Shown: piece by piece, positions 1-6,452 of the stretch | Numbering within the stretch: the stretch's first letter is position 1 | Layout: the number at the start of each line of letters is the position of its first letter | NCBI GenBank assembly: GCA_015523565.1 | Contig: WAKA01000179.1 | Location: forward strand, 1-19,671 | Length of the DNA stretch: 19,671 bases | Origin: Candidatus Heimdallarchaeota archaeon | Lineage (GTDB): Archaea; Asgardarchaeota; Heimdallarchaeia; Heimdallarchaeales; Kariarchaeaceae | Reading direction: 5' to 3' | Notes under the pieces: generated by a model | The model's input: only the letters and a program-made list of their open reading frames with translations | Told to the model about the DNA's origin: nothing | The model's database searches: none | Translations under genes and position numbers: made by a program

Positions 1-1
1 C

Positions 2-139
2 CTTTCAAAAACTCCCTTAAAAAGTGATTATAAGGGTCATACAATTTACTTTTGTACAAGAACATGCTATGAACGATTTCAAGATGATCCAGAAGGATTC
101 ATTCGATCCCGACATGTCAAAATCCCGATTGAAGAATGA
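2..139 (+). CDS. YHS/TRASH-domain protein, 3' end (5' part lies outside the window)
   Basis: Frame +2 is open from the window edge and reads LSKTPLKSDYKGHTIYFCTRTCYERFQDDPEGFIRSRHVKIPIEE* (TGA 137-139). This matches the YHS pattern Y-x-G-x-x-x-Y-F-C-x-x-x-C-x-x-x-F-x-x-D-P-E. It is absent from the ORF track because it has no start inside the window. Confidence 0.85.
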   Translation, partial: LSKTPLKSDYKGHTIYFCTRTCYERFQDDPEGFIRSRHVKIPIEE

Positions 140-289
140 ATGCACAATCAGATCGCCCGTCAGACTTCATCTACGCAAAGGTATCGCTGACAATATTTTC
201 ATCATTTTGTGCAATCTACTCACCTATTGATGCCATATAATCTTGAGGATTGAACCAACATTCAAATTCAACTAAACCGATGGCATTCA

Positions 290-718
290 GTGAAAAGGTT
301 CAGTATCAGTTGCAGGGGTCACAAGAATATTCGCGGGACTCATAGAACCACTTGGGAAATAACAAGGGATAATTTTTTGTCACCAAGAGGTGACTGTATC
401 ATTGGGATTTCTGCATCACATGGACTTCTTGATTTTCCTGAAGGGCTCAAATCACATTTGAAATCAGGGGGGGAGATTGGTATCATTCTGGAAACTGGAG
501 GCATGACATTCCATGGGACTGCGTCTGGTCATCCTGACCTTGAACTCTCTCATTCTACAGAATGTGTATTCCGCAAAAGTGAATTTATCTCTGAAAGAAC
601 TGCGGCAATCAATTGTAGCTTTGCCGCAAATGATCTTCCTAGAGAGATGATTGAATTGTTGCAAGACGAGATGTCTGTTTTGACTGTGACCATTGAATGG
701 GATGATGGATCGTCTTGA
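290..718 (+). CDS. DUF371 domain-containing protein (archaeal)
   Basis: Motifs GHKNIRGTHRTTWEIT, LSPRGDCIIGISA, VFRKSEFISERT and AANDLPREMIELL are characteristic of archaeal DUF371. GTG start. Confidence 0.88.
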   Translation: MKRFSISCRGHKNIRGTHRTTWEITRDNFLSPRGDCIIGISASHGLLDFPEGLKSHLKSGGEIGIILETGGMTFHGTASGHPDLELSHSTECVFRKSEFISERTAAINCSFAANDLPREMIELLQDEMSVLTVTIEWDDGSS

Positions 719-1797
719 TAGATGGGCAAATAAATAATCCTTTTTATGTTCCATATGTGAAAGATGTTCAATGCATCGAAGTGGATAAGCTGGAAGGTCA
801 GAGGGTCGTAGGCATAATAAAAGACAATGGTCTATTGGACAGTACCCACAAGATCAGGGTGGAAGGGGTAAATCTTTTGATTCCAGTGACTGATGGGCAT
901 CAGGCGATATCTTTGTTGAAGGGATATAATGTCCATGCAAATATTGTTTTTGCAGAAATGGAAAGAAAAGTTTCGAAACCCCAATCCATCTATGATTATC
1001 TTGTTCAAAGCCTTCCCCAAAATCTGTGGAATGATATTCCCACTGCCTTTGATATCATTGGGGACATTGCCATTGTTGATCTAAAGGAATCCTTGGTTGA
1101 TTATGAAACAGAGGTAGGTATGGCAATTATGCTAGTTCACCCTTCAATACGGTCTGTTTATCGGAAAATCGGTGGAGTTTCAGGCCAATACCGTTTAAGA
1201 CCTCTGAAACTAATTGCAGGGATGGATGAACCCTTGACATTTCATAAGGAGTATGGTCTTGATATCATGGTTGATGTACGCAACACATATTTCTCTCCAA
1301 GACTGTCAACAGAGCATCACCGCGTGGCCTCAAATGTCAGGGAAGGAGAGCAAGTTCTAGACTTGTTCTGTGGGGTGGGAAGCTTTCCATTGCATATTGC
1401 CTCATTGGTTGAATGTGAGGTGGTTGCTGTGGATATCAATCCATCTGCCATTTCCTGCTTGAAAAAGAGCATTGAAAAAAACAGGAAACGATTGAAGGGC
1501 AGAATAATTCCTGTGTTGACAGATGCATCACAATTCTTCCCAGACAAGAAATTTGACAGAATAATCATGAATCATCCTTCTGGATCACGGGATTTTTTTG
1601 GAATTGCGACAAATCTTTTGGCTAAAGGTGGAATTGTCCATTATTATACCTTTGCTCCCATCAAGGATTATGAAAACGCAGTGAAAGAAGAACTAAATCT
1701 CTATCTTCAAGATTTTGAGATAATGGGATATACCAAAATCCGGCAATATTCTCCCACCGAATATCATTTGGCTGTTGACCTGAAAAGAAAATATTAA
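715..1797 (+). CDS. trm5: Trm5/TYW2-family class I SAM-dependent tRNA methyltransferase, probably tRNA (guanine37-N1)-methyltransferase (Trm5b-like)
   Basis: FDIIGDIAIV, G-x-YRLRPL, HKEYG, YFSPRLSTEH, the SAM-binding DLFCGVGSF, VDINP and DRIIMNHP (canonical NLP) motifs. The TTG start overlaps the DUF371 stop (TTGA, 715-718); the exact start is uncertain. Confidence 0.85.
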   Translation: MIDGQINNPFYVPYVKDVQCIEVDKLEGQRVVGIIKDNGLLDSTHKIRVEGVNLLIPVTDGHQAISLLKGYNVHANIVFAEMERKVSKPQSIYDYLVQSLPQNLWNDIPTAFDIIGDIAIVDLKESLVDYETEVGMAIMLVHPSIRSVYRKIGGVSGQYRLRPLKLIAGMDEPLTFHKEYGLDIMVDVRNTYFSPRLSTEHHRVASNVREGEQVLDLFCGVGSFPLHIASLVECEVVAVDINPSAISCLKKSIEKNRKRLKGRIIPVLTDASQFFPDKKFDRIIMNHPSGSRDFFGIATNLLAKGGIVHYYTFAPIKDYENAVKEELNLYLQDFEIMGYTKIRQYSPTEYHLAVDLKRKY

Positions 1798-1846
1798 TCC
1801 AAATCCAAATGATTTAACTTTTATCTGTCAAGGTTGAAGACGTATT

Positions 1847-3265
1847 GTGGCAGGGAAACCTCCTAACTTAGACTATAAACCCCCTTCAAAAGAGGGGAAA
1901 AGTTCATCTCCCCCGAACCTAGACTTCAAGCCCAGTTCCCAGCCCAAGTTGGATTCCCAACCAAATCCTGAAACGGAACAGACCAAGGATGGTCAAAAAA
2001 AGGTCATTGGTCCTCGAAGAGGTTCTCCCACAGTCATTCCAGAGAAATGGGATTTTTCCAATTATTACAAAAGAAAATTTGATCCTAAGGCATATCAAGA
2101 GCGGTTCCGTGCAAGGAATAAATTTGTTTCCATCAATAGGCTTCTATTAAGGGAAATTACTCTTATCTTACAGGCAAGGTTCAAGACAAAGCTGGAATTC
2201 CCTTCCATGAACATGCTTATTGCAGGTGTAATTGATCAAGCCTTTAAAGCTCAACTTCAATATCTGGACAGCATGATTGACCTTATCAAGGCTCATCGAG
2301 ATCCTCTCTTTCTGGATCTGGTCAGCAGTGGAGATACTAATCCAGACGTTCGCCCCACTTCATTTGAAAATGCCAAAAACCTTGTTATCCGTGAGTATCA
2401 TAGATATTTGGAAGACCTTCCTTCCATTGACTTCATGGATTATTTTGAAGAAGAATTCAAACGTCTGAAAGATGCGAGACTATTCAGTCGTCTTGGATTT
2501 TGGCAACTTTATACACTTGGATTACTATTAGAATACTGGGATCGTGAAGAAACCTTGATGCAAGTTGATGCAAGTCCATTTTTCACCTTTTTAGATGATT
2601 TGTTGATAGACTCAGACATTCACCGAAGGGTGGTGGGTGTAATCTTGCTTTTTGCCTATACCTTGGTAAGAAACACCCCTGATTTTCTACTAAGCTGGAA
2701 TCATTTTACATTAATTCCCAATGTCCTTCGAAACGGGTATGTGATAAATCCGTGGCTCAGGACACGATATGGCTCCCCTACTCAAAAGGGTGTAAAGTAT
2801 GAAAATTTCCTGAAATATTTCTTCCGTTCATTCGGCAAAATCCATGGTCGTGCTCCTGATATGCCTGGTGGTCCTCGAGAGGGATTTAAAGATTGGTTGG
2901 AACGGACTTTTGAAGAGATGGAACGACTTTTGTCCATTTATCCACTATTTCAGCATGAGGGTCAACCGATGATTATGGAGGCCATTCTTTTGCAATTAAG
3001 CCGTGAGCTTGAAAGTGAGCTGGTTTTACGTGAATATGACCGTGACGGTGTTCTCATATCCCATCCAAAATATGCAGATTATGCGTTTCCTCTACTCCAA
3101 TGGCTACAAAAGCTTAGTGAAAACAGGGAAAAGGCAGTCAACATTACGTCCATATCTGAAAAAGGAAAGAAATACATTCTTGATCAAGAGCATTTACGGC
3201 TTATACCCTATGCAATCAAAAAACTGAATGCCAAAGGTGAGAAATTTGTCCAACCATGGTTTTGA
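1847..3265 (+). CDS. Hypothetical protein (472 aa) with a Pro/Ser/Lys-rich N-terminal tail and a predicted mainly helical body
   Basis: Long uninterrupted ORF fitting between trm5 and the convergent fahA. No family motif recognised. Confidence 0.8.
   Translation: MAGKPPNLDYKPPSKEGKSSSPPNLDFKPSSQPKLDSQPNPETEQTKDGQKKVIGPRRGSPTVIPEKWDFSNYYKRKFDPKAYQERFRARNKFVSINRLLLREITLILQARFKTKLEFPSMNMLIAGVIDQAFKAQLQYLDSMIDLIKAHRDPLFLDLVSSGDTNPDVRPTSFENAKNLVIREYHRYLEDLPSIDFMDYFEEEFKRLKDARLFSRLGFWQLYTLGLLLEYWDREETLMQVDASPFFTFLDDLLIDSDIHRRVVGVILLFAYTLVRNTPDFLLSWNHFTLIPNVLRNGYVINPWLRTRYGSPTQKGVKYENFLKYFFRSFGKIHGRAPDMPGGPREGFKDWLERTFEEMERLLSIYPLFQHEGQPMIMEAILLQLSRELESELVLREYDRDGVLISHPKYADYAFPLLQWLQKLSENREKAVNITSISEKGKKYILDQEHLRLIPYAIKKLNAKGEKFVQPWF
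1859..1963 (+). repeat. Short peptide repeat PPNLDYKP / PPNLDFKP / QPKLDSQP in the N-terminal tail of the 472-aa protein
   Basis: Copies 1 and 2 are cct cct aac tta gac tat aaa ccc and ccc ccg aac cta gac ttc aag ccc: nearly identical peptide with mostly synonymous DNA differences. Confidence 0.7.
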
Positions 3266-3305
3266 TCTGTTGTTTGCTATCCGAACTTGTCAATTAATGG
3301 AATTG

Positions 3306-4583
3306 TCAACCTATGGAAGGGAGAACTTGTGAACTGACTTCTCCAAACCCAATTCTGAAATGCTCATTTTCCGCGTAAGCCTTCATAATAACCCTGTCAT
3401 AGTCTTGCAGTGCTTTTCTCGTTTCACCATTTGACAATTGCAATGGTTCCTTGCCTCTCCATGTCAATTCAAGAAGGCATGCCCTTGTTTCCTTTTCTGG
3501 ACCGCTTATTGTTCCTGTCCCACATAGGTCTCCTGTTCTCATATTGCATCCTGTCACTGTATGATGTGCAAGCATTTGATCGATGGTCCAATAAAGGTAC
3601 TTGAAGTTTGATCTCATTATTCTTTCAGGCTCTTTCATTTCTATTGTCTGTAGATATGTTTCAAGGACAATGTCATAAGTCAATGGATTTGACGATTTCA
3701 AATAATCCATAGGCATTGGGTCTTGATCCTCTTTTTTGACCATAAAGGGTTCCAATGCCTCTAGCGTCACTACCCATGGGGAAATGGATGTTGCAAAGTT
3801 TTTTGCAGTGAATGGACCAAGTGGTCGATATTCCCATCCTTGAATGTCCCTTGCACTCCAATCGTTCAAAATCACCAATCCAAAAATATGGTCTTTTGCC
3901 TTTTCTACAGGGATTGGATGCCCTAATTCATTTCCAGTGCCAACAACAAATCCCATCTCAAATTCAAAGTCAAGGAATCTTGTCGGCGAAAAGAATGGTT
4001 GCTCTGCACCGCTTGGCTTGATTTGTCCTTTCGGACGGACAATGTCTTTTCCGCTAACAATTACTGAACTTGCCCTTCCATGGTATCCCACTGGCAAATG
4101 AAGCCAATTTGGTTGCAATGCATTTTCTGGACCCCTGATTATTGTTCCTACATTTGTTGCATGATATCTGCTGGCATAGAAGTCTGTAAATTCACCGACT
4201 CTGAATGGCAAATGCATTTTCGCATTTTTTTGATGTACCAACGCTTTCTTCTTCAGGTCTTCATTGTCTTTCAATTCATTGTTTTGGGTGTCCTGCAATA
4301 GCTTGGAAATTCTTTGCCTGACTTTGGTCCAAATCTCCTTGCCTTTCGCCATGAATGGATTTAATTCAGGAAGGTGGAAGACTGGTTCATCCAATATGTC
4401 CGAAAACAATCCATTTGCTTCAACGACTTTTAAATCAAGGATGTAGTCTCCTATTGCCACCCCCACCCTTGGGTTTTTCTCATCGGTTGAAAACACCCCA
4501 TAAGGGAGATTTTGAATGGGGAATTGTGTATTCCTGTCATATTGTATGAATGATTTTAACTTCGGATCTGTGGTTGACCCCAT
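3306..4583 (-). CDS. fahA: Fumarylacetoacetase (full-length FAH)
   Basis: FPIQNLPYGVFS, TDFYASRYHATNVG, WLHLPVGYHGRASS, LDFEFEMG, NDWSARDIQGWEYRPLGPF and GTGTISGP motifs. The 425-aa length includes the FAH N-terminal domain. Confidence 0.95.
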   Translation of the reverse strand: MGSTTDPKLKSFIQYDRNTQFPIQNLPYGVFSTDEKNPRVGVAIGDYILDLKVVEANGLFSDILDEPVFHLPELNPFMAKGKEIWTKVRQRISKLLQDTQNNELKDNEDLKKKALVHQKNAKMHLPFRVGEFTDFYASRYHATNVGTIIRGPENALQPNWLHLPVGYHGRASSVIVSGKDIVRPKGQIKPSGAEQPFFSPTRFLDFEFEMGFVVGTGNELGHPIPVEKAKDHIFGLVILNDWSARDIQGWEYRPLGPFTAKNFATSISPWVVTLEALEPFMVKKEDQDPMPMDYLKSSNPLTYDIVLETYLQTIEMKEPERIMRSNFKYLYWTIDQMLAHHTVTGCNMRTGDLCGTGTISGPEKETRACLLELTWRGKEPLQLSNGETRKALQDYDRVIMKAYAENEHFRIGFGEVSSQVLPSIG

Positions 4584-4715
4584 AATTATTTCACATTTGC
4601 AATAAATATTAACCTATCTTGTGTTTCATGGGATAGCGCCGTGTCTTATTAAACCGTCTGAAACCTGTAAGGTTCTATGGTTGAATTGATTGTGTACAAG
4701 AACTGGACAATGAAG

Positions 4716-6440
4716 TTAATCGGCATAGTATTCTTCATACAGTTTGTCGAGAATATTTTCTGGTAACCAATGGTATATTGGCTCAAAATCTGGGATTTCC
4801 AATTTCTTCCCACCTTTCATCCATATAATTTTTTTAGCAACTTTTAGTTTTCCAAGCTTTTTCTGGTCTATCTCCAAATTATCTTCTTCTTCCTCATCAA
4901 GTCCGATAAAATGAAACTGCTTGTCAACCGCAAATCTCAATGCCTCTATCCTGTCATCAGTTATGACAAGATCCACTTGATCTTTCCATACCTGAAATTC
5001 ATCTTCATTGTCAATTTTTGCAAAAATATCATCTGATGCATAGTAATAGATTTTTTTGATCTTGGCTCGTTTTGCAAGTTCCTCAAACTGTTGGATTCTA
5101 TTGAATTTCCAGATGTCTCTGCTTCTCTGTTCAAATGACAGAAGGAAATCAAGATCAACGACGATAGTCTTGATTTTTGGTTCTTGTATTTTCAGGCATT
5201 TATTTTTTGTCAGGATTTGTAAGGCTTTTTTGTATCCTTTTCTGTTTGGTTTCCTTCCTGCCTCTTCAAGGATTTTCGTCCATTCGTCATAGCCTTCGTC
5301 TTCTGTAAACCCACTCCGTTTGACCCTGCTATGGAAACGGGCAACGAAAAGCGCGGTCTCATCCAGTTCTTCCATTGGCTCCAATCTCAATTGTATCAAC
5401 AAGCTCCAAGGTTCTTTCATTTTCAATTCAATTTCTGCAACTAGTTGCTCTATAGGGCTCTTTTCAACATCCCTGATAAGCTTGAACATCTCCAAGTCTG
5501 CAACAAGTGTCCAGATGCCTGTTTCATTGTTCAGTGCCAATCCTTCCTCTATAAGCTCCTCTACAATTTGGTATTTGTTTGAAAGGCTTTCAGAAACAAG
5601 TTTCTTGGCTGTAGTGTCGATTTCAACAAATTGGTTCAAGCTTTCGCTGATTGTTGGGTTGATCCATTTGATGAGTGCCACTGATGTCAAGAACACAAGA
5701 AACGGAACTTCATTGTGAAGTTTTGTTTTTTCGCCTTCTGGGAGATTGACAAGTACCCAGAAATCAGATGCAGGAACTTCAATTCCAGTTATTGCTGTTT
5801 CATTGGTTACTGCAAGTGGTATAATTCCATTTTCCAGCTTTTTCCCTTCCAACTTCGCAAGATGTAAAACTCGATTTGCGACATCGGCAGTTACATCTAG
5901 TTCTTCAAAGCTTTGAGGCTTGACATTGAGCTCTCCAAAAAATAACTTGAAGGGATATGCTGTCACGAAAACATTGAGGTCTATTATTTCTTCGAGAACC
6001 TTGAGGTTTTGGTTCATTGCCTTTCTTCCTGTATCTGAAATTGAATATTGCACAAGTTCCGGTCTATTGAGGATCTTTTGCAGTTCAGGACTTTTCCAAT
6101 CCTCTCCAAATTCATTTTCCAGACGTTCAAGGTTCTTTTCAAGGGCAGTTCTGTCAAAATCCACAATGTTTAGAAGACCTGAATCTTCCAGTTTTTGTAA
6201 TACTTCATTGATTACATGCAATTGAAAGCCAGAAATGGCATGAATCTCCACTCTTGTTATTTTCTCAAAAGCATCTGCACTTTTCAATATCAGCCATTCA
6301 ATTGGTTCCAATTGGGTATGTGTTTTAGCCTCAATTTTGGTGAACTTGAATGACGCAACAGGTGTTTTTGTTTTCAGAATGAGTGATGTTGAAAAATCTT
6401 TGTTGTGCTTTGCCCAATTCCTTAATGTCGTTGAAAACAT
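4716..6440 (-). CDS. Helicase-associated protein: N-terminal winged-helix region and C-terminal putative NYN/PIN-like (Zc3h12a/Regnase-type) nuclease domain
   Basis: 574-aa ORF starting 12 bp after the helicase stop, with a GAGGAG RBS. LEPIEWLILKSA...ITRVEIHAISGFQLHVINEVLQKLEDSGLL and YSISDTGRKAM resemble a wHTH and its wing. C-terminal TIVVD...KIYYYASD...IDNEDEF...TDDRIEALRFA...HFIGLD follows the NYN pattern. The ORF is solid; the domain calls are by eye. Confidence 0.6.
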   Translation of the reverse strand: MFSTTLRNWAKHNKDFSTSLILKTKTPVASFKFTKIEAKTHTQLEPIEWLILKSADAFEKITRVEIHAISGFQLHVINEVLQKLEDSGLLNIVDFDRTALEKNLERLENEFGEDWKSPELQKILNRPELVQYSISDTGRKAMNQNLKVLEEIIDLNVFVTAYPFKLFFGELNVKPQSFEELDVTADVANRVLHLAKLEGKKLENGIIPLAVTNETAITGIEVPASDFWVLVNLPEGEKTKLHNEVPFLVFLTSVALIKWINPTISESLNQFVEIDTTAKKLVSESLSNKYQIVEELIEEGLALNNETGIWTLVADLEMFKLIRDVEKSPIEQLVAEIELKMKEPWSLLIQLRLEPMEELDETALFVARFHSRVKRSGFTEDEGYDEWTKILEEAGRKPNRKGYKKALQILTKNKCLKIQEPKIKTIVVDLDFLLSFEQRSRDIWKFNRIQQFEELAKRAKIKKIYYYASDDIFAKIDNEDEFQVWKDQVDLVITDDRIEALRFAVDKQFHFIGLDEEEEDNLEIDQKKLGKLKVAKKIIWMKGGKKLEIPDFEPIYHWLPENILDKLYEEYYAD

Positions 6441-6446
6441 GTTTTT

Positions 6447-6452
6447 CTCCTC
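6447..6452 (-). promoter_or_regulatory. Shine-Dalgarno site (GAGGAG) for the 574-aa gene
   Basis: The minus strand reads TAA-GAGGAG-AAAAAC-ATG between the helicase stop (6453) and the start at 6440. Confidence 0.75.

Noticed and set aside
24-230. 68-aa ORF in the track
   Set aside because: It overlaps the YHS-coding frame and has no recognisable motif, so it is probably spurious.
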